Assembly: GCA_958445985.1 (NCBI GenBank)
Contig: CAUCUN010000004.1
Coordinates: forward strand, 35,895-99,894
Direction: 5' to 3'
Origin: an uncultured Collinsella sp.
Lineage (GTDB): Bacteria > Actinomycetota > Coriobacteriia > Coriobacteriales > Coriobacteriaceae
Length of the DNA: 64,000 nucleotides
In this document: piece after piece, positions 1-9,445 of the stretch
How the letters are laid out: every line of letters starts with the position of its first letter
How positions within the stretch are numbered: position 1 is the stretch's first letter
Notes under the pieces: generated by a model
What the model saw: only the letters and a program-made list of their open reading frames with translations
Databases searched by the model: none
What the model was told of the DNA's origin: nothing
Program-made: the position numbers and the translations under genes

Positions 1-233
1 CGTTTTGGGGCATAGGGGTCTGTCAGCTTGCGAATGTCGGGGTCGCCCATGATCTTTGTGCAGCGCTTCAGCAGTTGAGGGTGGTCGGCCAAGATCGTCG
101 CGAGCGGTAGCGACGCGTAGTTCTTGATGGTCGCGGCGGCAAAGGCGGCGTCATATTCGTTTGCATATGCTCGCTCAATGCGGGCATCCAGAATGCTTTT
201 CTTATCGCCGTCTTCAGCGTGGTGGTTTGTCAT
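1..233 (-). CDS. Hypothetical protein, 5' part (runs off the window)
   Basis: Read manually: ATG at 233 preceded by GGAGAAG; open frame MTNHHAEDGDKKSILDARIERAYANEYDAAF... to the window edge. Not in the ORF track. Confidence 0.6.
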   Translation of the reverse strand, partial: MTNHHAEDGDKKSILDARIERAYANEYDAAFAAATIKNYASLPLATILADHPQLLKRCTKIMGDPDIRKLTDPYAPK

Positions 234-988
234 AGCTTCTCCAATCGGTTGATGTTCGTGCTGTTTGTTGATGTGCTGGTTGTCGTGAGTGATGCGCTTG
301 CCGTGGGTGATGTGCTGACGTTGGGGTGCTATGCGGTTTTCAATGAGCCCGTGAGGCAGTTGCTGCAGGGGCGGGATGGAACGGCCCATGCAAGGCGGAA
401 GGCATCGTGCTCAAAATCGAGACAGCAATGCCCTGGGTGCCTCACATGTGGCAGTTACCTCATTAAGTTGTCATTGCGTTTGGGGTTGTACTTTGCCGAT
501 CTTCCTTCTCTTACACGCTAAAACTCAAACTTCATATGCTCGATCTACTTAAAACCGCAACGGCGGTCTTTTATCAACTTATATGTCGGAACGCGTCTTT
601 GCAAGTACTTTTTTGCGTTTGTTTCAAATGGGGTGGTTTTGCAACCGTCACGCGCCACGCTATGCGAACGTGCCCCTTTTCTGTTGTCGGTCGGATACGA
701 TGAGTCGCGTGACGTCGTCAGAGGTCGAATTCGACCGCTAACGACGTTGTGCAGCTCATCATTTCTGGTCGCAAACAGTAAAGGGGCGTGAGGGTGTATT
801 GAGGGGGGATGTCTTGCTGTCGGCATCCGCGTGCGGTGCCATTCGCTGTCTGTAAATATACGTTTACAGCTAATTTCATACCACTTGTCGGAATGCGGGC
901 GCTGTCCTTGTATGTCGGGCGTACATTGAACGTGGTTTTTCGCGTGAAACCACGAATCGGTTGTCAGTCCTGAACAAGGAGGCCCAGC

Positions 989-1663
989 ATGACACTTGCC
1001 AAACCCATCAATAAATACATCGACTATATCGATGCCCCCGAGGACACGTTTGAGCAGTATGTCGAGAAGGCGTTAAAGTACAACTTTCGCTGCGTATTTG
1101 CGAACCTTCAGGAGTACGAGACGGGCCGCGCCATGCTCGAGGGCTCTGACATCATCCTTGCCGGCGCCATCGACTTTCCCCAGGGCACTATGACGCTTGA
1201 GGAGAAGCTTGCGAGGTTTGAGGAATACGCTGCGTGTGGCTTTACCGAGATTGACTACGTTTTGAATCAGGGGTCGATCGAGAACCGCGATTTTGATGCC
1301 ATCGAGCGCGAGATGACTACCATTGCTGATTTTTGTCGCGCGCATGGCATCACTGACAAGGTAATCGTCGAGATGTGCAAGCTGGACGGCGACGACGCCG
1401 CCAAGCGCCGTGTATGCGAGATCGCACTGGAGGCCAAGCCGGGATTCCTTAAGACATCGACCGGCAGAAGCTTTGGCGGTGCTAAGCTCGAGGACGTGCG
1501 GCTGATGCACGAGGTGCTCGGCGATGCCGTGGCAATCAAGGCGGCGGGCGGTATCCATAATTACGAAGAGGCTTGCGCATTCATCGAGGCCGGCGCCAGC
1601 GCGTTAGGCGCATCGGCGGGCATCGCGATCGTCGAGGGCGCACCGACGGATGAGCGTCGCTAG
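989..1663 (+). CDS. deoC: Deoxyribose-phosphate aldolase (class I, DeoC family)
   Basis: Motifs IDFPQG, EIDYV, KVIVE, FLKTSTG, IKAAGGI; SD AAGGAGG. Confidence 0.85.
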   Translation: MTLAKPINKYIDYIDAPEDTFEQYVEKALKYNFRCVFANLQEYETGRAMLEGSDIILAGAIDFPQGTMTLEEKLARFEEYAACGFTEIDYVLNQGSIENRDFDAIEREMTTIADFCRAHGITDKVIVEMCKLDGDDAAKRRVCEIALEAKPGFLKTSTGRSFGGAKLEDVRLMHEVLGDAVAIKAAGGIHNYEEACAFIEAGASALGASAGIAIVEGAPTDERR

Positions 1664-1812
1664 CAGACGTATTTGACCTGAGCGATAAAGCTTCACGACC
1701 ACACGCCGTTCATGTTCGAGACAATATGACTTTTTGCCCGTTGTAAACGGAGTCGCGATGGGTGTTCTGTATGATGGCTCAGACAAGGTTGTTCAATGAC
1801 AAGGAGGCACAT

Positions 1813-2655
1813 ATGGCAATTAAAGCCATCGCAATGGATATCGACGGTACGCTCACCAACGACCAGAAAGTGATTAGCCCGCGTACGCGCGAGAAGCTGC
1901 TCGCGGCGCAGGAGTCGGGCATTAAGCTCATCTTGGCTTCGGGCCGTCCCGCATGGGGGCTGCACGCCTTGGCGCAGGAGCTCGACCTTCAAAACCATGA
2001 CGGTCTGCTGGTTGCCTTTAATGGCGCGCATGTGGTCGACGCTCAGACCGATGAGGTCCTTTTTGACCAGGCCATGCCGGCTGACGAGCTGCACCGTCTG
2101 ATTGATCACCTGCGTAATTTTGACGTGATTCCTATGATTTCGCTCGGTCGTGATTTGCATGTCGAGGACTCGTACCATTGCATGATCACGCTGCCTGACG
2201 GCTCGCAGAAGAATATCGTCAAGTATGAGCGCGATGCGTGCGATCTTAAGATCCGCGAGGTGGAGAGCCTGCATGAGGTTGCTGATGCTTATCCCGTGGA
2301 CAAGCTGCTGACGGCGGGCGATCCGGCCTACCTGCAGGCGCATTACGAGGAGATGTATGCGCCCTTTACCCAGACGCTTTCGGGCATGTTTACGGCCGAC
2401 TGGTACTTTGAGTACACGGCGCCCGGTATCGACAAGGCCCGCGCGCTCGAGGGTGCCCTGCCCAAGCTCGGCATCGATGCCAGCGAGGTCGTATCGTTTG
2501 GCGACGGCCAGAACGACAAGTCTATGATTGAGTGGGCCGGCACCGGTGTTGCCATGGGAAACGCCATCGATGAGGTTAAGGCCGTGGCCCAGATGGTGAC
2601 CGCCAATAACAACGAAGATGGTATTGCGGTGGCGCTGGATAAGCTACTGGGTTAG
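1813..2655 (+). CDS. Cof-type HAD-IIB sugar-phosphate phosphatase
   Basis: MDIDGTL, ASGR, FGDGQND, AMGNA motifs; SD AAGGAGG before ATG 1813. Confidence 0.9.
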   Translation: MAIKAIAMDIDGTLTNDQKVISPRTREKLLAAQESGIKLILASGRPAWGLHALAQELDLQNHDGLLVAFNGAHVVDAQTDEVLFDQAMPADELHRLIDHLRNFDVIPMISLGRDLHVEDSYHCMITLPDGSQKNIVKYERDACDLKIREVESLHEVADAYPVDKLLTAGDPAYLQAHYEEMYAPFTQTLSGMFTADWYFEYTAPGIDKARALEGALPKLGIDASEVVSFGDGQNDKSMIEWAGTGVAMGNAIDEVKAVAQMVTANNNEDGIAVALDKLLG

Positions 2656-2719
2656 AATCGCCGATTAATGCATGGTTCGGGCGCCTACTCGCGGGCGTCC
2701 TTTTGTTAGGGAGGGTGCC

Positions 2720-3379
2720 GTGTCCGCATTTCCGTTCGACGCCGTGATCTTTGACATGGACGGCGTCATTGTCGATACCGAGTATTACTACCTGGGCGAG
2801 ACCGCCGCGTTTGCCAAGGAGCTTGGGCTTAACCTGACTCAAGATGAGTTGAACGGGCAGGTTGGTACCTCGCATCAGTTCTTCCTGCGTATGCTGGTCG
2901 ATTGGTTTGAGCGCGCCGGTAAGGGGCATTTAACTGGCGAGGAAGCGTTGACCCGTTGGGACGAATGGGCGCATAAGCGTCCGCGCGACTATCAGGCTTT
3001 GATTAACCCAGGCGCCGTGGATACGATTCGAGAGCTGCCGCGCCGCGGCGTTCGCGTGGCGCTTGCCAGCTCGTCTCCCATGGATAGCATCGAGGAAGTG
3101 CTCAACGCATGCGGGCTGTCGGATGCCTTTGAGTATGTGGTGAGCGGCGAGCAGTTTAAGGAGAGCAAGCCCGAGCCCGACATCTACCTGCATGCGCTGG
3201 ACCTGCTGGGGCTGCCCGCGAATCGCTGCTGCTGCGTTGAGGATTCGGTGCCTGGCATCACTGCCGGCAAGCGAGCCGGCCTGACAGTCATTGCCAAGCG
3301 CGAGGAGCGCTTTGGCTTTAGCCAGGATGCCGCGGACAAGATTATCGACCAGCTGCCGGAGCTGCTCGCGCTTTCTTAG
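2720..3379 (+). CDS. HAD-IA family phosphatase (beta-PGM-like)
   Basis: FDMDGVIVDTE, ASSS, SKPEPDIY, VEDS motifs; GTG start after GGGAGG. Confidence 0.85.
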   Translation: MSAFPFDAVIFDMDGVIVDTEYYYLGETAAFAKELGLNLTQDELNGQVGTSHQFFLRMLVDWFERAGKGHLTGEEALTRWDEWAHKRPRDYQALINPGAVDTIRELPRRGVRVALASSSPMDSIEEVLNACGLSDAFEYVVSGEQFKESKPEPDIYLHALDLLGLPANRCCCVEDSVPGITAGKRAGLTVIAKREERFGFSQDAADKIIDQLPELLALS

Positions 3380-3463
3380 GAGTGAGGTAGTTGCGCGTTT
3401 TTCGGGTCTGATGAGTAAATATCCGACATTTTGGTGCGGCACCTAGCATACTTTAAGCTAATG

Positions 3464-3502
3464 CGGGCTTAAGGACTTGCTGAATGCCCTTAAGCCCGTT
3501 TT
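3464..3502 (+). terminator. Probable intrinsic terminator after the deoC-HAD genes
   Basis: CGGGCTTAAGG...CCTTAAGCCCG 11-bp stem followed by TTTT. Confidence 0.5.
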
Positions 3503-3529
3503 AGACTTAATTGTGCTTGGAGAGGGTAT

Positions 3530-4273
3530 ATGCCACCGACTGAAGGGCTAACTGACGGTAAAGCAGCGATACCGCTGTACCAACAGGTTATTGATATCAT
3601 CAAAAACGAAATCAACTCCGGTGCCTACAAGGCGGGCGCGCGGATACCCAACGAATTCGAATTGGCTGAGAGCTATAAAGTTGGCCGCGTTACCGTGCGA
3701 CGCGCTATTGAGGAGCTCGTCCAGCAGGGCTATCTAACGAAGCGGCAGGGGAAAGGCACGTTTGTCAATGCCCCCAAGCTCAAGCGTAAGATTCGCCAGA
3801 AGGATGACGTCCAGAGTTTTTCGGACGCATGCCGCGTTAACGGAATGGAGCCGGGGGCGTGCGTCATTTCGAGAAAGATACTGCCGGCGGATTCCACCGA
3901 AGCGCAGTTCTTTGGTGTTCCCGTTGGAACTGACTTGATTTGCGTTGAGCGCGTGCGTACTGCCGATGGCGTCCCTGTCATGCTCGAGAACAACATATAC
4001 GTTTACGAGGACAACGCCTATCTATCAACGGCACCTCTATCTAACCAATCCATTTTTGAGTTCGTGCGCAACCGGACGGGCCGCACGCCCGCGTTTACCG
4101 ACCCGTGCACGCTCGAGATCGCGTGCGCGTCGCCCGAGGTCGCTCGACTGTTGGCAGTTCCCGTTGGCGAACCCTTGTTTTATATGGAAGCCTTCTTTTT
4201 CGATGAGCGGCGGCGGCCGTTTATCATCGGTCGTCAGCGGATCGTTGGGTCTCGCTACGTTTTTGACATCTAG
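3530..4273 (+). CDS. frlR: GntR/HutC-family regulator with UTRA domain (FrlR-like)
   Basis: PLYQQV..IPNEFELAESYKVGRVTVRRAI..QGKGTFV wHTH followed by a UTRA-like domain; adjacent to frl genes. The symbol is by context. Confidence 0.8.
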   Translation: MPPTEGLTDGKAAIPLYQQVIDIIKNEINSGAYKAGARIPNEFELAESYKVGRVTVRRAIEELVQQGYLTKRQGKGTFVNAPKLKRKIRQKDDVQSFSDACRVNGMEPGACVISRKILPADSTEAQFFGVPVGTDLICVERVRTADGVPVMLENNIYVYEDNAYLSTAPLSNQSIFEFVRNRTGRTPAFTDPCTLEIACASPEVARLLAVPVGEPLFYMEAFFFDERRRPFIIGRQRIVGSRYVFDI

Positions 4274-4282
4274 GACATTGCG

Positions 4283-4323
4283 AATGGAAGCGCCCGGTAG
4301 ATCATCTCACCGGGCGTTTCCAT
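4283..4323 (+). terminator. Stem-loop after gntR
   Basis: ATGGAAGCGCCCGGT...ACCGGGCGTTTCCAT inverted repeat; no U tract. Confidence 0.45.
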
Positions 4324-4491
4324 ACCGTTCACGGCGCAAACGCAACCGCTCAACCGCGTTGCGGCAACCAGTTTGAAATTATCTTGATGAAGGAAAAAGC
4401 TGCTGGTAATCTATGGGACGTCATAGAACGTTTGCATTGTGCAAACGTTGAAGCGAGATGCGATGCAGTCTCGAGTTCTTTGGAGGTATCT

Positions 4492-5955
4492 ATGTCAGAT
4501 ACGAAGGCGAAGAAGACAAACAGACGTTTTAAGTTCAAATTACCGCATGTCTATACGATCATGTTCTTGCTGATCGTTGTCTTTGCGGTCCTGACTTGGA
4601 TCGTTCCCTCTGGTCAGTATCAGCGCAAGACGATTTCGACAGCGGCGGGCGAGCGCGAAGTCGCCGTTGCTGGAACCTATGAACAGGTCGATAAGAACTA
4701 CACCGATTCCGAGACCGGCGAGACCATCAATCTGGGCCAGGATATCTTCGCGGTTCTGCAAGCGCCCACCAAGGGTATCCAAGAGGCTGCCGACGTCGTT
4801 GCGTTCGTCTTATTGATTGGCGGATCGTTCGCAATCATCACCAAGACCAACGCTTTGAATGCCGGCATGAGCCGTGTGATTAAAAAGCTCAAGAACAAGG
4901 ACATCCTCATCATCCCCATCACGATGACATTGCTGTCCATTTGCGGCACTACGTTTGGTATGTCTGAGGAAGCCCTGCCGTTCTATGCCATCTTCATTCC
5001 CATCATGATGGGTATCGGTTATGACTCGATGACGGCATTCATCATCTGCTTCCTTGGTCCTAACCTGGGATATTGTGCTTCGACCATCGACCCGTTTAAT
5101 GTTTTGATCGCCCAAGGCATCATTGGCATCGAGGGTAATCCGCAACTGTGGCTGCGCGCCGTTTCTTGGGTCATCTTCACTGCCGTCGGTATCGCATGGG
5201 CCATGCGCTACGCCATGCGCGTCAAGAAAAACCCCGAGTCGTCCATTGTGTACGAGGACGATAAGCTCAAACGTATTGAGTTTTCCGTGACCGATGCCTC
5301 CATCGAGGAAGAGTTCACTATCCGTCAGAAGCTCGTGCTTATCGATTTTGCTTGCGGTATGGGCATTATCGTCTGGGGCCTTGTTACCCAGGGCTGGTAC
5401 ATGAATGAGATTTCCGCCGTGTTCCTTGGCATGGGCTTGCTTGCCGGTATCCTGGGCGGTCTTGACCAGCAGACGATCGCAGAGGAGTTCGTTAAGGGTC
5501 TCGCCGACTTTGCGTACGCTGCCATCGTTATCGGTATCGCTCGCGGTATTCTGGTCATCGCCGAGGGCGGCATGATCATCGACACCATCCTCCAGGCGCT
5601 CGCTACCGCGCTTGCCGGTGCACCCGCCGCCGTCTACACCACGTTTATGTATATCGTCCTTGGCCTGCTCTCTTTGCTGGTTCCCTCGAGTTCTGGCCTG
5701 GCGGCGCTCACCATGCCCGTTATGGGCCCCCTGACCGAGCTCATGGGCCTCAATCCCGAGGCGGCCGTCACCGCGCTCCAGTTTGCCAACCAGACCATCA
5801 ACACCATCAGCCCCGTGGCGGGCATGACGGTCGCCGGTCTTGCCGTGGCTAGGATTTCGTTTGGCCAATGGTGGAAGACCATTTGGAAGTTCTTCATTTT
5901 CATGGTCGTCTTTGGCGTGATTGTAACGGCAATCTCTGGCATGCTTCCGGTGTAG
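4492..5955 (+). CDS. YfcC/ArcD-like (DcuC superfamily) transporter
   Basis: LPHVYTI..LTWIVPSGQY, GMSEE, PSSSGLAALTMP motifs; many TM segments; SD GGAGG. Confidence 0.85.
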   Translation: MSDTKAKKTNRRFKFKLPHVYTIMFLLIVVFAVLTWIVPSGQYQRKTISTAAGEREVAVAGTYEQVDKNYTDSETGETINLGQDIFAVLQAPTKGIQEAADVVAFVLLIGGSFAIITKTNALNAGMSRVIKKLKNKDILIIPITMTLLSICGTTFGMSEEALPFYAIFIPIMMGIGYDSMTAFIICFLGPNLGYCASTIDPFNVLIAQGIIGIEGNPQLWLRAVSWVIFTAVGIAWAMRYAMRVKKNPESSIVYEDDKLKRIEFSVTDASIEEEFTIRQKLVLIDFACGMGIIVWGLVTQGWYMNEISAVFLGMGLLAGILGGLDQQTIAEEFVKGLADFAYAAIVIGIARGILVIAEGGMIIDTILQALATALAGAPAAVYTTFMYIVLGLLSLLVPSSSGLAALTMPVMGPLTELMGLNPEAAVTALQFANQTINTISPVAGMTVAGLAVARISFGQWWKTIWKFFIFMVVFGVIVTAISGMLPV

Positions 5956-5964
5956 GTGGTTGTG

Positions 5965-7548
5965 ATGTCTGATCGTTTGACGGTCCTGACGTCTAAGAGC
6001 GTCTTTACCGGTACGGGGGACCTGCCGTTTGAAGGTTTCGTAGCGGTCCGTGGCAATCGAATTGAGGCTGTTGGCACCAAGTGTGAGGTAGCTTCGTATT
6101 TGACCCAGGCGGACGAGGTAGTTGACCTGGGCGACCGCACTGTCATGCCTGGCCTGATCGATGTGCATACCTTCTATACAGGTTGGGCGCTGCGGACGTT
6201 GGGTTCTGATCTGTCCGGCATCGCTGATGCCAAAGAGGCTGTGTCGCTCTTGCGTGCGTGGAAAGAAGATCATCCGGATTGCGCGGCGGTTTTTGGCCAC
6301 AACCTACCCGAAACGTTGGCATCGGATGCCGAGAACGCAAATACGGCAGCTGTGTTTGACGATTGTTTTGGCGATATCCCCGTCGTCTGCTTTACATCGG
6401 GTGCGGAGACCTGCGTTCTCAATGCTGCCGCCAGTGCGCGATACGGCTTTACACCCCAGGCGTGCTATGCCGAGAAGATCTGGCGCATGATGAGCGATTT
6501 CCTCGCGCTGCCCGAGGTGCGTGCCGGGTATTCGGACTACATGAGCATGCTTAACGAGCGTGGCGTTACCGCCATCAAGGAAATGGCGTTTGATGACTAC
6601 TACGGCTTTGCCGACGAAATGGCTCGCCGTGAGGAATCTGGTGAGCTGACGGTTCGCGTCTCTATGATGTCGCAGCCGGTGGGCGCCGGTGCAAATCTGG
6701 CATATGCCCGCGAGGCGCGAGAGCGCTTCCGGGGACCGTTCGTTCGTTTTTCTGGCTTCAACCGTATGACCGATCGCGGCGTATGGGCGGGGCTTGCCGA
6801 GATGATAGACCCCTATGAGGACTCGGCCGATGCGGGCGCTGCCGGCAAGACGGTCGTCGAGGAGCCAGAGTGGGATCTGATTGAGAACGAGCTGCGTGCA
6901 ATTGATGCTGACGGCTTCCGATATTCCTTGCATTGCCAGGGCGATGGCGCCGTTCGTCGCACCGTGGCGCTCTATGCCTCGCTGCCTCGAGACGAGCATG
7001 GACGGATGCTTCGCCGCCATGCGATTACCGATCTCGAGAACTCTGACCCGACCGACCTTGTCGAGTTTGGCAAGTTAGGTGGAATTTGCGAGGTCTATCC
7101 GCAGATTCTGACGCTGGACCGGCGCGAGGATTGCCTGTCGATGATGCGTCGACAAATTGGCGAGACGCGACTTTTGCACAGCTGGAATCGCCGCGGCATG
7201 GAAGATTCCGGATGCACAGTGTGCTGCGGCACGGATTTGCCGCTGCTGATTCCGAGCCTGGGCGAGTCAATCTACAGCGCGTGCGGCGGATTCTTCGCCG
7301 ACGGACTGCCCGTGAATGAGGTCAACACGCTGACGCTTGTCGAGCTCTTGCGCGCTTGGACTGCCGGGGGCGCGTACGATCTGATGCGCGAGGACGAGCT
7401 GGGTACGCTTGAGGTTGGCAAGCTTGCCGATATCTGCGTGCTCGATCGGGATGTGTTCGACCTCGATTATCGCGACGCACGCGATCTTGCGGTTGATATG
7501 ACGATGTCGGACGGACAAATCGTGTTCGATCGAAATAAGGAGGCATAA
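5965..7548 (+). CDS. Amidohydrolase-3 (YtcJ-like) family protein
   Basis: DLGDRTVMPGLIDVH, HCQGD, GTLEVGKLAD motifs. Confidence 0.85.
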   Translation: MSDRLTVLTSKSVFTGTGDLPFEGFVAVRGNRIEAVGTKCEVASYLTQADEVVDLGDRTVMPGLIDVHTFYTGWALRTLGSDLSGIADAKEAVSLLRAWKEDHPDCAAVFGHNLPETLASDAENANTAAVFDDCFGDIPVVCFTSGAETCVLNAAASARYGFTPQACYAEKIWRMMSDFLALPEVRAGYSDYMSMLNERGVTAIKEMAFDDYYGFADEMARREESGELTVRVSMMSQPVGAGANLAYAREARERFRGPFVRFSGFNRMTDRGVWAGLAEMIDPYEDSADAGAAGKTVVEEPEWDLIENELRAIDADGFRYSLHCQGDGAVRRTVALYASLPRDEHGRMLRRHAITDLENSDPTDLVEFGKLGGICEVYPQILTLDRREDCLSMMRRQIGETRLLHSWNRRGMEDSGCTVCCGTDLPLLIPSLGESIYSACGGFFADGLPVNEVNTLTLVELLRAWTAGGAYDLMREDELGTLEVGKLADICVLDRDVFDLDYRDARDLAVDMTMSDGQIVFDRNKEA

Positions 7549-7549
7549 G

Positions 7550-8401
7550 ATGTCTGAATCCAAACCGACGCTGCGCCGCGAGCAGATTGCGGGCATGAAT
7601 ATCCACTACATCATGTGGTCGCTCGATTACTTCCTTGATGTGCAGCAGCGTTTGGGCTTTGAGTCCATTGAGCTGTGGTGTGCAGAGCCGCATGTGACGC
7701 TCGACCACACGGGCTACTTTGAGGCTGAGGTCCTGGCGAAAAAGGCTGCAGACCGTGGGCTTAGGTATCGTACTCTGTGCCCCGAGAACGTTGTCTATCC
7801 TTGGCAGTACTGCGCACGCAAACCGCTGCATGAACAGCGCAGCCTGGCGTACTTTAAGCACGGCATTGAGCTTGCCGAGGTACTTGGGTGCGACCGTATG
7901 TCCGTCAACTCGGGCTGGGGCGACTGGGACGAGGACCGCGAGGAAGCCTGGAAGCGCAGCCGCGAGCACTTGTCCATTCTGGCGGAGTATGCCGGCGAGC
8001 ACGGTCTGGTGCTTACGATGGAAAGTCTGCGTCCCGAGGAGAGCAACCTTGTGACGACGGTTTCCGATGCGAAGCGCATGATTGACGAGGTCGCGAGCCC
8101 GTACTTACAGCCCATGGTTGATACAACCGCGATGGGCGTTGCAGGCGAGACGCTCGAGGACTGGTTTGCCGCCTTTGGTGATGGGGCAATTCACGAGATG
8201 CACTTTATCGACGGTGACCCGTATGGCCATCTGGTGTGGGGCGATGGCAAGCACGATATGGACGCCTTCGTCGCCACGCTCAACGCCCATGGTTTCGACG
8301 GCATGCTGGGCCAGGAAATCACGGACGGTCGTTACTACGATGATCCGGCGGCGGCAGATGCCAAGAACATGGCCGCATTCGAGAAATATCTGATTGACTA
8401 A
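7550..8401 (+). CDS. frlC: Sugar-phosphate isomerase/epimerase, fructoselysine 3-epimerase-like
   Basis: IELW..PH, MESLRPEESN, MVDT, HFIDG, HLVWGDG TIM-barrel motifs; operon context. Confidence 0.75.
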   Translation: MSESKPTLRREQIAGMNIHYIMWSLDYFLDVQQRLGFESIELWCAEPHVTLDHTGYFEAEVLAKKAADRGLRYRTLCPENVVYPWQYCARKPLHEQRSLAYFKHGIELAEVLGCDRMSVNSGWGDWDEDREEAWKRSREHLSILAEYAGEHGLVLTMESLRPEESNLVTTVSDAKRMIDEVASPYLQPMVDTTAMGVAGETLEDWFAAFGDGAIHEMHFIDGDPYGHLVWGDGKHDMDAFVATLNAHGFDGMLGQEITDGRYYDDPAAADAKNMAAFEKYLID

Positions 8402-8462
8402 AACAACTATCGGCCACGCAGCCAACGTCATTGATTGCGGCCAAACAAGAAAGGAACTGGAT

Positions 8463-9431
8463 ATGAACGCACACGATCTGATCAAAGAGGCAATTGCCGA
8501 GAAGGGCAAGTTCGACAGCGTCTACTGGATTGCTTGCGGTGGCTCCATGATCGATTTGATCCCGGCCCATGAGCTTCTGCAGCGCGAGGCAACCACCTTC
8601 ACTTCGTATATCTATACGGCTCGCGAGTTCGATATCATGCGTCCGCGTCGTCTGGGCGAGAAGTCCCTGGTCATCGCTTGTAGCCACAGTGGCAACACCC
8701 CTGAGGTCGTCGAGGGCTGCGAGATTGCCCTTGCTGCCGGCGCTACGGTGATCGCCCAGACCGACAACGCTGGATCTAAGATCGACACCGGTAAATGGAC
8801 CACGTGGGTCTACCCGTGGGGCGAGGGCGTGCCGCAGGCCGAGGTCCCCGCTGGCATTTCGCTGTCGCTTGCGGCAGAGCTGCTCGATCAGCAGGAGGGT
8901 TACGCCGATCTTGCCGATATGTATGCCGGTATCGCCGAGATGGATAAGATTCTTCCCCCGGCACGCGAGAAGGTAAATGCCGAGCTGGGCGATCGCTTTG
9001 CCAAGCTTTGCCAGGAGCACGAGTTCTTCTATATTCTGGGCAGCGGTCCCAACTTTAGCCAGACCTACGGTTTCGCTATCTGCTCTCTTATGGAGATGCA
9101 GTGGCAGCACTGCAGCTACATCCACTCTGCCGAGTACTTCCATGGCCCCTTCGAGGCTACTCAGGATGGCGTTTTTTACTTCCTGCAGATGGGCTCCAGC
9201 GAGTGCCGTGCCATGGACGAGCGCGCCCTGGCGTTCCTTAAGACGCATACCGATACGCTGATGGTGCTCGATGCCAAGGAGTACGGTATGGAAGCCGTGC
9301 CGGCGAGCGTCCGTGCCTATCTGGACCCGGTGCTGTTCTACGCCATGAACTGCGAGCTGCGTGCTGCACGCGGCAAGGTGTTTGATCACGATCCCGATTT
9401 CCGTCGCTATATGGGTGTTGTCGAGTACTAG
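8463..9431 (+). CDS. frlB: SIS-domain fructoselysine-6-phosphate deglycase
   Basis: ACGGS, SHSGNTPE, CSLMEMQW, AEYFHGPFE and C-terminal RRYMGVVEY, all typical of FrlB. Confidence 0.9.
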   Translation: MNAHDLIKEAIAEKGKFDSVYWIACGGSMIDLIPAHELLQREATTFTSYIYTAREFDIMRPRRLGEKSLVIACSHSGNTPEVVEGCEIALAAGATVIAQTDNAGSKIDTGKWTTWVYPWGEGVPQAEVPAGISLSLAAELLDQQEGYADLADMYAGIAEMDKILPPAREKVNAELGDRFAKLCQEHEFFYILGSGPNFSQTYGFAICSLMEMQWQHCSYIHSAEYFHGPFEATQDGVFYFLQMGSSECRAMDERALAFLKTHTDTLMVLDAKEYGMEAVPASVRAYLDPVLFYAMNCELRAARGKVFDHDPDFRRYMGVVEY

Positions 9432-9445
9432 AAGGGACAAAGGCC

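Noticed and set aside
219..826. ORFs 219-521 (+) and 545-826 (-)
   Set aside because: No SD or recognisable motif; low-complexity GT-rich sequence in a divergent promoter region; 219-521 overlaps the start of a better-supported minus-strand gene.
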